Made by a program: the position numbers and the translations under genes. A DNA stretch of 64,000 bases, taken from NCBI GenBank assembly GCA_000091205.1, contig AP006500.2; one strand, 5' to 3'. Positions 12,384 to 24,614 of this stretch are shown here, piece after piece. Every line of letters begins with the position of its first letter. The stretch's first letter is position 1. The stretch is from Cyanidioschyzon merolae. Its lineage: Eukaryota. A model generated the notes under the pieces. It saw nothing but the letters and a program-made list of their open reading frames with translations, did no database searches and had not been told where the DNA came from.

Positions 12384-13445
12384 TCAAATCTGAAGAACCG
12401 TCAACGAGGAAGGCGCTGTTACTGCCGCGATCCACTGCGGAAGCGCAGTGGACCAAGCCACGTTGTCTATGGGCCCTCGTAACTTACACGCTGCGAAGGC
12501 GCGCACCTCGGTCTTTGGCACTGCCTGAGCAAGCTCCCATAACGCTAACCGCCCATCCATATCGGCGGTTGCCAGGTAGTTCGCTGAACTCGGTGACCAG
12601 CTGATGGCGTTGACAGAGCCAGTGTTGCCACCAACATACGCCATAGGCACTGCTGGCATGCGGATATCAATAGCGACGGCGTACCGGCTTCGGCTGGGCA
12701 GCGTCAGCAAGTAGTGACTGTTCTGTTTGCTCCACGTGACTCGTAAGAGTGGGTTACCCGTTGGCGACTCATACAGCACCGTCGAATGGTCCAGCGAGCG
12801 TAAATCGAACAGACGAACGGAACCATCCGCGCCACAGGTAACGAAATGATGGGCAGTATTCTGGTCGAAAGAGACATCGTAGACTGCATTGTCGTGGGCT
12901 ATGAGTCGCGTACGCATACGACCGAGCTCGGGGTCCCATACAGCTACGGTGGTGTCCACCGAGGCTGTCGCCAGCGCGCTCCGATCAACTTCGTTCCAGT
13001 CCATGGAGGTCAAGGGTGCAATCTGCTCGGCACGCTCGTTGGGGGCCAGGGTTCGCAGAAGAAGCATATGCTCCTCTGTTACAGCCCAGAGGCGAAGCAT
13101 ATCACTTGCAGAGGCGAGTACAACGTTCTGGGTGCGTGCTAGCGAGTGTTCATACGCAGGCTCCCAGAGAAGCTTCGTGCAGGGAAAGACGATTGAGCAC
13201 TTATGTCGCGATTGGAAGCGTCGGATCGTACCCCTACTGCCTGGAACAAAGTCAAGGATCTCAATGTAGTTGTTGGGTCCTTCTTCGATGAAGCTTCCTA
13301 CGGCGAGTCGTGCGACGCCCTGAGCCGACGACGACGCACACCAGCCGACGGCGTAGAGGGGCCATTGAGAGTCCCACTCAAAGGTTACTTCAGGAAAGCG
13401 CTCTCCACCGGCACGTTTCAGCTCTTGAACAAGATCGCCGGACAT
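12384..13445 (-). CDS. WD40-repeat protein of the DCAF7/WDR68/AN11 (TTG1-like) family
   Basis: Collinear with DCAF7: ...WPLYAVGWCASSS...LAVGSFIEE..NNYIEILDF...LTSMDWNEVD...ASVDTTVAVWD...LIAHDNAVYDVSF...CGADGSVRLFDLRSLDHSTVLYES...PLLRVTWSKQ..YLAT...NVAWS. The ORF runs to 13673. Probable start is the ATG at 13443-13445 (MSGDLV); an alternative ATG lies upstream. Confidence 0.8.
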   Translation of the reverse strand: MSGDLVQELKRAGGERFPEVTFEWDSQWPLYAVGWCASSSAQGVARLAVGSFIEEGPNNYIEILDFVPGSRGTIRRFQSRHKCSIVFPCTKLLWEPAYEHSLARTQNVVLASASDMLRLWAVTEEHMLLLRTLAPNERAEQIAPLTSMDWNEVDRSALATASVDTTVAVWDPELGRMRTRLIAHDNAVYDVSFDQNTAHHFVTCGADGSVRLFDLRSLDHSTVLYESPTGNPLLRVTWSKQNSHYLLTLPSRSRYAVAIDIRMPAVPMAYVGGNTGSVNAISWSPSSANYLATADMDGRLALWELAQAVPKTEVRAFAACKLRGPIDNVAWSTALPQWIAAVTAPSSLTVLQI

Positions 13446-14374
13446 GAGAAACAGCGGTAGCACCCAAGGGTGCTGGATACGTCGACACCTGCTCCGTATT
13501 CGAACAAACGCTACTGGAGCAGTGGTATCGCCGTTGGCGCGCAGTATCCGCACCTGACGCGTGCACTGCATGCCATGCAGTTGTGCAGGTCTGTGCCGAG
13601 CATCGAGGTTTTCGGTGCCACAAACGCTGCGGCAAGCGGCATTATCATGGTGTTCAGGTGAAGATGTGCGCATTTCTTTTTACTGCAAACGATGCGTGAG
13701 GCATTCTCGATTTCACAAACACTGATATGCAAGGCGGGACATGCTCATCGACGAGAGCAGATACGACAGTATCCATCCGCCTCGCAAGGAGCCACCCGAG
13801 AACGCTATGCGGCGTCAAGACGTCGAAAACGAACACTCATGTGGCTTGTCTGAGAACGTGCCAGCGTCTTTTCCAGATGAGGGCATTGGTGCGCCTCTCC
13901 ATGAACGGATCCGAACTCGGCAGACGAGAAACGAGTTGAGCAGAACGGAGCCACAACTTTCCCCCAGTCTGGTCGGATGCTACCACCGGTAAAACGTTCT
14001 TTCGCATAGCAAGCACCTTTCGGAAATTCTTTGCGTCGGTATCGTTTTTTATAAGAAAAGAGCTGTCGTCGGTACGCTCTCCACCGAGCCGAACAACGTT
14101 CGGTACCAGGCCATGCAACTCACGTTTCTCTGCATACGAAAGGACCACACGCTCGGCTGCTTACATGGCCCTACTCAGAGTTTCCGTGAGTCAGACACCC
14201 TTCGACGCAGAGTCCCATCCCGGACCTGTTTGAGGCCTCGCAGTCGTCGAGTCGCAGGCGTTTCCGACTAGCCAGCGCGTGCTCGCGCTAGTAGGTGCGC
14301 AGCGATCCAGTGCGATCCGATGCGCTGCTGTTCTTCCGCTGCGCTGAGCGGCTTGCGAACTCCGCGCTGGGCTG

Positions 14375-16834
14375 ATGACCTATGCACTCGACCTGGGGAG
14401 CTCGTGGGACGGTTTTATCGTAATCGGTACACTTGTGGTCCAGTTCATTCTGCGTTGCGAAGCAGACCGGTCCAAGGACGAGTTTGCGAAACAAGTCGAG
14501 CTACTGAGCCTCGTCACTGCTGGTGCGGTGCTCGTTTCCGCATTCAGGCGCGCTGCTTGTGAGCCCTGCCACCGCAAGGCCGCTACACGACGTATATTGG
14601 ACAGCGCATCAAGTTCTCTGGACGCAACGGCTAGCGAGCATAAGACCAGCGGTACTGGACAGACTGCGGTGCGAGCACGGCAGCGCTTTCGTCGAGCACG
14701 AGACCAAGGGCTCCTAGTTGGACTTTTCTTGCCTTTTCTCTGTATCCTTGGTGCGTTGCGCGCTAACCTGCTGACTCCAGCCCAAGCGGTGCACTCGCTG
14801 AGCCTGGCTTTCTGTCAGGCGTGGTGCGCAGCCTGGACCTGGCACCTGGTTCCAGAGGAAACACCGGCACCAGCTGCCTCGGGAGACCGCGCTTTTTGTC
14901 GAAAACGCCGCCCTGTTGGTACCGCGCTCTTGTCAAAAGTGCCGCCTCTGGAGCTGAACTCGGATAAAGAAGGCGCCGGGCTCTGCTGGGCTTTCCTGCT
15001 GGAGCTACTCTGGCTGCATTTGGTACCTCTGGTCATTCTGAGACGGCTCAGCGGTACGTCTTGGATGCCCATCTGTACAGCGACCGTAGCGACGCTGATC
15101 GTCCGCAAGACGCTCGCAAGCGATGCCTTTGCTGGCACGTTTACGTACGGCGAAGCACTCCTGGTATCGTTCCTGGTGACAGTGGCTTGGTTTTCGCCTT
15201 TTCACATGTTCCCGACGGCACTCGGGTCTTGGCATGTAGTAGGAGTACATCAATCACACCCAGCGGTGTGGCAGGAGCACAGCTGCTTTTCAGTTGAGAA
15301 GCGCCTTGTGCCGGCAATGCACTCCGAGTTAGCCGCCGATGTCAAGCGCAGCGGCGTTGAAGCGATCCCGCTGTTTCACTTGTTCAAAGCGAGGCGCATC
15401 TCGGCAGCGTCATGTACTGAGGCTTGCGGTTGCGACGCACAGCCACCAAGGCAGCACGGGAGCCCCGGCACGCTGCAACAGTCGCGTCACATATCGCATG
15501 CTTGTCCGTATCGTCGCCTCATGCAAAGGTATCTGTTGAAGACCTCGGTAGAGCTTGCCACCGCAGGTATTTTGTTTGTGAATCACTGGCACCGATGGTT
15601 AGCGGGCTGGAACCAGGGTCATCGCGCACGCGCATCAAGTTGCGGTGCAGTGGGCATTGCTTTAAGGAGCCAGCAAGTGAGCGCTGTTCGCAACCTGCTT
15701 CGGCGGTTCGCTCGTCCGCTTGGTCTGGCCTTGCCTCTGGCACTGATCCTGCCCTTGAACTACTTGATGGCGCGTCGGACATTGAAGCGTTTATCGAGCA
15801 TGAACTCGGGCTCTTTTAGCGACTGCACAGACGCAGATGCTGCGGAGCCGTTCCGCTTGCTATGCAGCTGGATGACCCGAGACGTGTCGATTATGGTGCT
15901 CGTTCTCTACTGGGCTGTGACGCTTGCGGTAGGCATCTTCGCTCTAGGTCCGCATCGTTGGAAATGGCGACGCATCGTTGCCCGCAAGTACTACCATTTG
16001 CTGGCGCTCTTGCTTTTTATGCCGGTTATCTTGCGGCAGGATCCGCTATTATGGCAGTTTCTTTCCTTTGCTCAGACAGTAGCCTTGGCGGTGCTCATTG
16101 CCCTGGAGCTAGCCCGAATATCGGGTACGAACGCTGCGTTTCCCTTGGAGAGGCACTCGCCGTCAAAAGCTGCTTATTTGGTCGCTGGAACTTCAATGCA
16201 CCAGGTATTCGACGGTGGTCATGATGATGGTGTTTCTGCTGCAGCCAGCGGTGATCGAACAACTCCCTCCATGGATGCATCTCTGGGTGCGTCTGGTGGC
16301 ACGCAGAGTCGCCCCAGTTGCGACGTAACTCGAGGCCGCTCCTTTTACGAATCTGTTCATCAATTCATGACGACACTGGTCGACGAACGTGACCAGGGGA
16401 GCGTCATCGTCAGCCACCTCTATCTGCTTCTGGGATGTGCTGCACCTGGATGGCTTCTCCTGGGGCTCCTCGAACGATTTTCGGCATCGAATGGCTCCTG
16501 GACGAGTTTACTGACAGACTGGAGCAGTGGTCTGCTTTCGCTGGGTGTCTTCGATACTGCCGCGTGCATTCTGGGCAGTCGCTTTGGGAGACACCACTGG
16601 CCTCATAGTCGCAAGACAATCGAAGGCAGCTTGGGTGGCTTTATAGCTACCTGGCTATGTCAGTTGTTGCTGCAGCAGTGGCACGCACCGAATGTATTTC
16701 ATGTCAACTGGACAGCACTTGCGCGTTTCTCCGGTGCTGTGTTTCTCTGCACAGTATTTGAGGCACTTACCGCACAGAACGATAATCTGGTGCTACCAAT
16801 GTTCTGCTTCGCGGTTCTAGGGCTGTTCGGTTGA
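14375..16834 (+). CDS. Dolichol kinase-like polytopic membrane protein (C-terminal CTP-dependent dolichol kinase domain)
   Basis: 819-aa ORF with many hydrophobic segments. The C-terminus ...VFDTAACILGSRFGRHHWPHSRKTIEGSLGGFIATWL... resembles the DOLK/Sec59 catalytic motif (…G.R.G...WP...KT.EGS..GF…). The N-terminal extent is uncertain; the ORF may be over-extended. Confidence 0.6.
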   Translation: MTYALDLGSSWDGFIVIGTLVVQFILRCEADRSKDEFAKQVELLSLVTAGAVLVSAFRRAACEPCHRKAATRRILDSASSSLDATASEHKTSGTGQTAVRARQRFRRARDQGLLVGLFLPFLCILGALRANLLTPAQAVHSLSLAFCQAWCAAWTWHLVPEETPAPAASGDRAFCRKRRPVGTALLSKVPPLELNSDKEGAGLCWAFLLELLWLHLVPLVILRRLSGTSWMPICTATVATLIVRKTLASDAFAGTFTYGEALLVSFLVTVAWFSPFHMFPTALGSWHVVGVHQSHPAVWQEHSCFSVEKRLVPAMHSELAADVKRSGVEAIPLFHLFKARRISAASCTEACGCDAQPPRQHGSPGTLQQSRHISHACPYRRLMQRYLLKTSVELATAGILFVNHWHRWLAGWNQGHRARASSCGAVGIALRSQQVSAVRNLLRRFARPLGLALPLALILPLNYLMARRTLKRLSSMNSGSFSDCTDADAAEPFRLLCSWMTRDVSIMVLVLYWAVTLAVGIFALGPHRWKWRRIVARKYYHLLALLLFMPVILRQDPLLWQFLSFAQTVALAVLIALELARISGTNAAFPLERHSPSKAAYLVAGTSMHQVFDGGHDDGVSAAASGDRTTPSMDASLGASGGTQSRPSCDVTRGRSFYESVHQFMTTLVDERDQGSVIVSHLYLLLGCAAPGWLLLGLLERFSASNGSWTSLLTDWSSGLLSLGVFDTAACILGSRFGRHHWPHSRKTIEGSLGGFIATWLCQLLLQQWHAPNVFHVNWTALARFSGAVFLCTVFEALTAQNDNLVLPMFCFAVLGLFG

Positions 16835-18346
16835 AGTCGTGTCTCGTGTACTGGACAACGATTACGCGTTTCCCAGATGCTCTGTTTCTCTGCACAGGAT
16901 ATGAGACGCTCACTGCGTAGAGCGCCAAATCGGTGCAACCGAGGGTCTGCTTCGCACTTTTAGAACTGTTCGCGGGAAGTTATCCATCTGCGACTTGTGT
17001 CCCGGTGATCGAGTCTCGCACGATCGCTCGTGGAGACTGAGTTGGAAATCAACCCCTGGAGGCCTGCTCTGCGAAGGGCTCAGCCAAGTGCATGTTCTTT
17101 CGCCTCAGGATACGATCATAAAGCTGGGATGTTTTCGAGCATAGTCCATAAAGGATGCGTGATTCGGATGCGTCTCTGGATGGAATTGGTCTTTCGAAAG
17201 GGACCCAGTGTGATCGGCGCCTTATCGCTGCCGACAAGTTTACCGACATCGATAGGAGCCTTCAGCTCGAGTCTCGGTCGCTGCGCGTGTTTCTCCTGGT
17301 TGCGCCAGCAGAGCGCTCGTATCTCTTCAGCGTATACGCGGATGACGGCACGGGAGGTTCCAGATGTGCTTTGCTCGGAATCCATGTGCTTCTGACTCCA
17401 GTACGACGGAATCTGCATTGTTCACGGTTCCCGTTGTTCTCGACACGGTATTTCACTGTTCGTGTAGCGGGTCATCCGCGATCTCCGAATGTTCGCCTTT
17501 TTCCAAGCCAAACAAGGTCTATGGAATACCCCCGCTTCAAACATCCTGTCCCAAGGTGCAATGAAGGGTCTGATTCTCGATGAACTGCCCCCTGGAGACT
17601 TTCGGTGGGATCTTGTGCCGTCCCTGAGGCGCCAGATGCAGCAGCAGCTTCTTGCGCGAAGTTTCGTTTCCTGTATGTGCAAGCGTTCATGAATTGGTGC
17701 AACGAAATAACGTCGTGCGGGTGTGTGTAACGTCGCCAGCGAGACGACAAGCTTTGCGACGGCACATAGCCAGCTCTTAGTGCTAGATACTTTACGTGCG
17801 TCGAAGCGTTCACAGCCGCCTTGCCGTGCGCCCATTAAACTTTGGTGCGTTCATGAATACCGCACCCGAAGCGGCACCACTGCATATCGAGAAGGGCTGG
17901 ATTCATGCATCCCTTTTCAGCGCTCCGTTGGGATCATTGCAATCGATTTCGACGATTCGCTGCAACGTTGTTCACACTCTTTCAGCCTAGCGTTGTGCCT
18001 CCCATCTCGGGGGCATGCGCGTGTGTACTGTGGTCAAAAATCGTCGCATGTACGCAGCGTTGGTGTTCATCTACAGAATGAAGTGCGTCGACTCTAATGC
18101 AGACACCTTGCTTATCGGGTAACCGAATGTTGCTCTGTGGCCAGTCATGTGGAGGTGCGCACGCAAAGCTCGAATCGTGTGCAGTGAACAATGGGCACAA
18201 GAGGCACTGCATTTTTCCTGACATACGAGCGCTATCATGCGGAGTGGTTCCTTGGCTCACGAGCGCAGTGTGCACCATCAGCACTAGGGAGCATTCGGCG
18301 CGCGTTCACTTCGCTGCCGTGTCACCCGCGACCGCCAAAATGCCGG

Positions 18347-19024
18347 TCACGACAGCTCTCTATGCAGGGCATGTGTTCGAGCACGCGCCAGCTCCGCTGT
18401 CAGAGCTTCGTACTGCAGTCTTGTCGCCTGGATTTGTTGTCGAACGCGTTCGCGGGCCTGCTGGACTTTTCGCAGATCCTCTTCCTCGACCTGATGCAGG
18501 TCACCACCAAAGAGCGGCATAAGATCACCCCAACAATCCGACGGCATCCGCGCTACATCAGAGCGGTGGAGTGCGCGTTCGACTTCAGGCGCTGGCTGTG
18601 AGAAAACGAGCACATCGAGATGCTCACTCACGACGGGTTTCTCAGTTAATTCCTGCCCCACTGATGGAAAAAGCCGAAGCGGATGATACATTTCCACCGG
18701 TTTATCCGGATCAGAAATAGGAAAGAGCCGTATAATAACCTCAAACTCACCCCAGCCGTGTTCCGTGAGGCAGAACGGTGGCTCCTTCACCACGCGCACC
18801 GGGTCCGCGAAGGACTCGTGCAGCACGAACTCCACTTTTTGGATGTAGAGCGAGAGATCCTCGAGCGGGTCACGCGCACCACGCACGTAGACCGTCCAGC
18901 GGTGGGTTTTTGTCTGGGGCGCTCGCGGTCCTAGCCAAAACGCTATACTGCCGTGGACGAGGCGTTTTTCGTTCAGGGTGTTCTCTGCAGAGCCATCAGT
19001 CGTCGGAGCAGGTCCTACAAGCAT
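18347..19024 (-). CDS. YEATS-domain protein (YAF9/GAS41-like) with C-terminal coiled coil
   Basis: YEATS core ...HRWTVYVRGARDPLEDLSLYIQKVEFVLHESFADPVRVVKEPPFCLTEHGWGEFEVIIRLF... followed by a Gln/Arg/Glu-rich heptad-like tail. Confidence 0.8.
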   Translation of the reverse strand: MLVGPAPTTDGSAENTLNEKRLVHGSIAFWLGPRAPQTKTHRWTVYVRGARDPLEDLSLYIQKVEFVLHESFADPVRVVKEPPFCLTEHGWGEFEVIIRLFPISDPDKPVEMYHPLRLFPSVGQELTEKPVVSEHLDVLVFSQPAPEVERALHRSDVARMPSDCWGDLMPLFGGDLHQVEEEDLRKVQQARERVRQQIQATRLQYEALTAELARARTHALHRELS

Positions 19025-19189
19025 AGAAAATACGTTTCAGCTTTTGTAGGCACCAGGCCGCACAACATAGAGGAAAGCGTATCGCCTATACGAACCCAAA
19101 TGGCATCTTTGCTGCGACCTGACGCACGCCGCTCGGTATCCCGCAACGTGTACCTGGGCGAGATGCAGTCGCCGTTCGCGTGCAGGAGG

Positions 19190-19440
19190 AGGAGGTGGTG
19201 GTGGTTGCGGAGACAGCACGCTATACTATTCAGGTAGGTAGGTACGCTCTCGGCACACCGGGAGATCCAGAATGCGTCGAGGCCATTGCTGGATATGCCC
19301 ATCTTAGAACGAAAAGAGAAGGACAGCACGCTATACGATTCAGGCAGGTAGGTACGCTCTCGGCACACCGGGAGCTCCAGAATGCGTCGAGGCCATCGCT
19401 GGATATGCCCATCTTAGAACGAAAAGAGAAGGAGTTCTTC
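19190..19440. repeat. Tandem duplication, ~110 bp x2
   Basis: cagcacgctata..attcagg.aggtaggtacgctctcggcacaccgggag.tccagaatgcgtcgaggccat.gctggatatgcccatcttagaacgaaaagagaagga occurs twice, starting near 19214 and 19324. Confidence 0.6.
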
Positions 19441-20189
19441 TTGCGAACACCAGCGAACATGCTAAAGTTTCGGTTCAGTTCCACTATGATCAGCATAAGC
19501 CTGCGCGGGCTCTTTCCTGCGACTGCTTTCTTCCCGATTCCTTTATTTCCAGCTTAAAGTGCATCGGTCTCTCATGTGCTGCCAGCACCGTTGTCAGCAG
19601 TTCAAGGTTCTGGATCCTGGCGTTGGAGTCTCGATGACGCTATTGCCAGCTGTTGTCGACGCATTTCATGCACGGGCAAAAGTTGCGATCGATGCAGTAC
19701 GTACGATTTTTCATCTCCACCGTATAAAGCCTCGGTGCGCCGTTCGCAGCCGCTACACTTGACAATCGTCAGGTGTTGCCGTATTTCCACTGCACATCCT
19801 CTTGCTCAGCGGGCCGCATGTGGCGCGTGAACGCTTACTTCATCGCTTGGCACATGTCGTTGACGGGTCCAGAAGGCCCTCCTTGATACCTCCCTGGCTT
19901 TTCCCGCCATATGCCGCATGCGACGATCACGGGCTTCCTCTGGGCGTTCCGGTGGCGAGTACTTTGTTCGCAACACAGCCACGCGCACGCTGTACGATTC
20001 GGTAGAAGAGTTTCGGAAGGCGATTTCGTCCGTGCGAGAACGAGACCGAGGTAGAAAGTCGAGGTCAGACAACGTGACGAGATCATTCGATCCGGCTGCG
20101 CTTCGAGCTTTCAGCGGCGATACGCGACTTCCAATGGACATGATCCCTGCGATGACTGAATTCTGAGTGCGACACTCCTTTCCATGGAA

Positions 20190-20340
20190 GCAGAAGCGCC
20201 GAAAAGCCTCGGATGGCGTATCCTGTAAACGGTACCATGCTCATGTGGAATCCGGTTTGATCGATAGCGAAGAAAAACGAAGGATTCGTTTTTCGAACGG
20301 AATCGATTATTATATGACGTGATGATTTCAGCGGACATTC
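20190..20340. repeat. Small dispersed repeat R3 (second copy at 41960-42100)
   Basis: c.tcgga.ggcgta.cc…catgctc.tgt…tcga.agc…aacggaatcgattatt..gacgtga…tcag is shared between 20190-20340 and 41960-42100. Confidence 0.4.
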
Positions 20341-20559
20341 GATGTGAGTTTCTGGAGCAGTCGTCAAGCGACCACGTCGAGGTTTCTTTTCGTCAGTATA
20401 GGAGCGTGAATCGCTGCGCCTGCGACTTGCCCAGATCTTAGCGATGAAAAACTTGAAGCCTATTTGATTTGCGCATGTCACCTGTGAGGACGGAGACGCG
20501 TGGAGGATAACGCGTTCTGGTAAAATAATGAGGCAAGTTATTTTGCGAGTCCTTGTTCA

Positions 20560-21000
20560 CGAGCGATGCAGGTTATCTCGATTCGTACGACGGTACGAGT
20601 TCTAGCGGCAAGGCGTCGAAGAAGCCTCCCCGAAAATACGACCGAGAATGCTGAAACCACGCATGTATCCGTTCGTCTTTATTGATGTTTTTCGATTCCC
20701 GAAGTTGTCCATTTGAAACCAAGGATTCCTCGAACTCGTACCCTCTCTGTGCCACTACAGTCTCATTGTCGCTCCGTCAGACAAACACATTTTCTCGGCA
20801 ATCTCCTCCCCTCTTCTTCTTCTTTCCCGTCACTTGCTCTTCTTGGCTCGACGGTCGCCCAGAAGAATATTATTTTCGATTTTTCCTGCAGCCGGCCGCA
20901 CAGGGCCTCCAGGATCACTTACTTTTATGTCCATAATTTTCCCTTGGATTTTTTATCTCTTCAATTGAATACATTCTTTAGACCCTTAGGTGAGAACCTT
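20560..21000 (-). mobile_element. Second internally deleted Fanzor-family derivative; same deletion junction as 10885-12130, more degenerate
   Basis: 20740-20990 aligns base-for-base in pattern with 11220-11470 (…aaggattcctcga…ctgtgccactacagtctc…cctcttctt…cacttgctcttctt…ccggc.gccgg…ttttcccttggatttttt…), spanning the junction between the N-terminal and C-terminal regions. The 3' portion at 20560-20700 is a weak match to the RE. Confidence 0.5.
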
Positions 21001-21048
21001 TCCGGGACGAGAAGAACTTGCAGAAGAAAGCCGACATGGGCGTCGGAG

Positions 21049-21420
21049 TCATCGTATGGTGAACGCTTGCGCGATTCGCCCAGTGGAGCGATCATTATGT
21101 TTCACGATAGAAAACATTCGTTCGATGGCATTGTACCACAGAGTGTACGGAGGAATGAAAAGCAGGTCCATGTTGGATCGAACCAGCAAATGCTCGAACG
21201 TAGGGGTAATAGTGAAATACCACGCAGTCCAATAGAAGGACATCGTCAGACGTCAGGGAAAAGTCTTCTAGGACTCGATAAAGTGGGGTTGTTGTGTGAG
21301 CCTTCTCTACGAGAGAAACTTAGGCCGCCAAATAAATCCACTGCAGTTAGAATAGATGATGTCGTCCCTTTTTCGAGTTCGATTGTACGTACATCGTGCT
21401 CCCTGCTCCGCGAGTACACA
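21049..21420 (-). pseudogene. Degenerate Tc1/mariner(IS630)-like DDE transposase fragment
   Basis: Minus-strand ORF 21049-21243 encodes ...FEHLLVRSNMDLLFIPPYTLWYNAIERMFSIVKHN..., resembling the Tc1/mariner C-terminal signature (…H.S…FLE.NNIELL.WPP.SPDLNPIEN.W…K). Another frame upstream reads ...DDIIYSNCSGFIWRPK..., resembling the first D/E block (V.WSDES.F). No intact ORF remains. Confidence 0.35.
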
Positions 21421-24270
21421 TTTCCGCTCCGACCGTTTCGTCCGAAGGAATTCTCATCGACGGGAAAAACAAACCCACGTCCATCTGCTTCATACCGATC
21501 GCTGAGTTCCGGGAACGTTGTTGTACTTGCGATTTCGGTGGAAGATGGATGCACGTGAACTATGACTTTTTTCGCGGCGGTATCCCAGTGTTTTCATAAC
21601 CATACGAGCAAGCTGATACGAATCAGAGACGCACTTGGCGACTGCGATCGACGCATTGTTTTCCTACTAATGACAGCAATGAATCTTTGGGTATATCGGT
21701 TTTTGGCGCGGGGCGCGTACAACTTTTTCTTTCTTTCAGTGCTCGCCAGTCAGCAGAGTACTGTGGTATGACTGATCTGAAGGAGGAATGCAGTCATCCT
21801 TGCACTGTTCAGTAGAGGATATAGATTCAAAAGGCAATTCCCCGACGATCTCTGCTGTACAACGCATAGTGACGTCGATCGCTTGTTCCTCACTGTGGAA
21901 ACAGCATTCAATTCCATGCAGCGAAGATCCTGTACTATTGAGCTGAATGTCCAGAGGTACCGGATGTCGTGCGCCCCAAAAGAGTCAGCGATTCGGACGT
22001 CACCGCCGCCACTGATGACGGCTCATGCCCTCCGGCACAGGCGCAGATCTCGCAGATCTCGGCAGGGACCCCTGCCTGGACGCCCGTGAGAGTGGATCAC
22101 TTGTACCGAGGCGCGCGGTGATAAATTTCCATCATCATCGCTGAGCATGTGCCGGATGAAGATTCATCACGGACGAGTGACTGATACTGCACATCGATCC
22201 TGCGCGAGTATAGTCAGACGATTCTGTACAGAAAGCAGTATATAAATGCTTGCGCGACGCCGCACCGAATGATGCTCGAGTACCTATGTCCACTTCGTAC
22301 ACTTAAATCCGTGTTTTCGGTTGGCGTTCAGGCACAGGCGCGCCGTCTTTCGACGCGCGATCCGTGTCGGGCGGTGGTACTCCAACGTCGCCGAGTCCGG
22401 GAACAGAGGCGGCGCGAATCGAATCGTGCGTTTCGCTATCCCTGTCGCCGAACTAGTACGTATCGCGATCGCAGCCGGACGCATTTTTGTAGATTGTGCC
22501 GTCTACTAGTGGGGCAAGACGCTTCCTTGAACACACCTGCGGCACTGCTACGTTCCAGAAGCTGAACTGATCCTGCTGCTCGGCTAGGATGCAAGCTCGA
22601 GACGGTACCTTCTGGTGCACGCCTATCGTTCCATGCAAAAGATCGGTCAGCATGCAGCGTCCTGGATCAGCGACCTCGGCGGTGGCGGTACAGTTTTCCG
22701 CATGGAGCTAATGTTCAGCACCCGTTCCAGACCAGTCATCCTCTCAATAGCACCTTTCCGTCTCAACCGTTCCTAATGTGAACTCGCTGGCGTTCCAGCA
22801 CTATGCTACAACCGATCATAGCGCTATGCAGCGCCGGGCTGGAGCAATGGAAACGGCAGACGATGAGCGCCTGACTCGCAATCGACTAGTATCCGATAGT
22901 GGTATTGCCCCGCTTATTGGTGTCGCTGCAGTTCTCCGTCGGTGCGTGCGGGCAGGTGGCATCGTCAGAGCATCGTTGAGCCTTGATCGGACCACCCTAT
23001 TCGGATGGTGACACAGGTTTCCGTCTGGAACCAAACAGCATCGCACGCCAAAATCTTAGGTCTGCAGTCCTGTCCAGGCGCTGAAGTACAGTTATCTGAA
23101 TAAGCCAGTCAGTCGGCGCTCATCTTGCGTGGTCGTCTTCCTAAGCGAGTTGGGTTGCGCGATGAGCAGGACTCTGGGCAAACGAACGCTAAACTGGAGT
23201 CCCGGCATTTGTATACATCTGGCTGGCAGCTGCTGAACAACAAATCATCACTAGCTCAGATGATCTATCGTCCACTGTTGGAAAGACTCGTTTATCCAAT
23301 ATCTCGGATATTCGTGCTTCTGCATAGGCGCACAAGTCGCTAGACTCATCGAAGCATCGCTGTGAGAAAAACGTGCTGTGGCCCGCTTCGTTGTCGTGAA
23401 CACAGGTGATCCGCATCCATAGAGGTGCGCACTTCCCGTAAATGCAGACCGCTCGTGAAGCCATTACGGATTCTGTGTCTTGGTCCAGGAGAGGGGAACG
23501 CTTCGCTCTCACGCTCAACATTAGTCAACAGGCTCAGTACAATGCCGTACTAGGCGTCGCTCGCGCGGTTTTCGACTCTCCCGACTGCCAGCCAGAGCGG
23601 CATGACGCCTCGTGTCGTCAGTGGTCATCGATAGCCTACTGCAATGCAACCGTAGCCCTCAAGTCTCGCCTTTCCAAGACACGGAATCCGGTGGTATGCC
23701 CCTTTCCTGCCGCACTCCGCTGGTCGCTCCTGCCTTGCATGTGAGACTGAAACGACGCAAAGATCCACAAAACCCAGACGCCGCAGCCACAAATAACAAC
23801 ATCCCACCTCGTGAAACGATTTCCAGTAGTCCACCCGTTCCAGCACTGAGAAAGGCAGAACATATCCATATTACCTCATGGAGGCCTCCATTTGCGGTTT
23901 GTGCTCTCTAGTACGCTTCGTTGGCATATTCGCTCCTTCTGGGTCCGTTGGTGTGTGCGGAGGTCCCTCTATCCACCTGTCAAGGAGCGTTGATCGTATG
24001 CAAGCGCTTCTCATGGGGCTTTAGCGGTACTCGGGGCAACTCGAATACTCAGCGTGTGCAGGGCGCTGGTCGACGCAGCAACTGCTCCCGTGCCTCACCC
24101 AGACATAGCCATACACGTATGACCAGCTTTAGTCTAGTGCGCTGCAACAGACTTCCGACATTTCGCCCCCAAGCAGCAAGTGGGGCCTTGAGGAGCCCTG
24201 TAAGCGTGTGGTCGCAGCTTCAGTACAGCAGAGGACCATCTCGACTTGCTCTATTTTAGCCACGGGTTCC

Positions 24271-24600
24271 CTACGAGTGCTGCGCAGAGTCAGCGGATCT
24301 GACGGGAACGCCAGGAAACTCTCGCTTGAGATGTTTCCATTCGGGCCGATCCGTGCTTTTCGACTCCGCCATATCGTGCGCAACGAGCAGATAGATGCCG
24401 TACGGAACCAAGACTCCAAAGAGCAACGCGGTACGAATGTTCCGCGGGGTGAAACGGAACCGCTCCTCTAGAGTCTCCCGTCCAGCAACCCAGGCTTCCA
24501 CGTAAGGATTCTTCTTCACTTGCATAGCACCCATTCTTGGCCGATGTCTGCTTGAAAACGCGACTCTGAGCTTATCAAGAGCAAGAATAACCTCGGACAA
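24271..24600 (-). CDS. Small single-TM protein resembling NADH dehydrogenase [ubiquinone] 1 beta subcomplex subunit 4 (NDUFB4/B15)
   Basis: ...MGAMQVKKNPYVEAWVAGRETLEERFRFTPRNIRTALLFGVLVPYGIYLLVAHDM... resembles NDUFB4 (NPAL.RWAYART...F.PTPKNSLMGALCGFGPL.FIYYIIK). The likely start is an internal ATG (MGAMQ), not the alternative-start codon used by the ORF track. Confidence 0.4.
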   Translation of the reverse strand: MSEVILALDKLRVAFSSRHRPRMGAMQVKKNPYVEAWVAGRETLEERFRFTPRNIRTALLFGVLVPYGIYLLVAHDMAESKSTDRPEWKHLKREFPGVPVRSADSAQHS

Positions 24601-24614
24601 ATCGGGTACACGAA

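Noticed and set aside
20713-21558. 281-aa plus-strand ORF, the longest ORF in the 19-24.6 kb region
   Set aside because: It is low-complexity (Ser/Pro/Arg-rich). It runs antisense or out of frame across the Fanzor deletion derivative and the Tc1-like fragment, has no recognisable domain, and is typical of spurious GC-rich ORFs.
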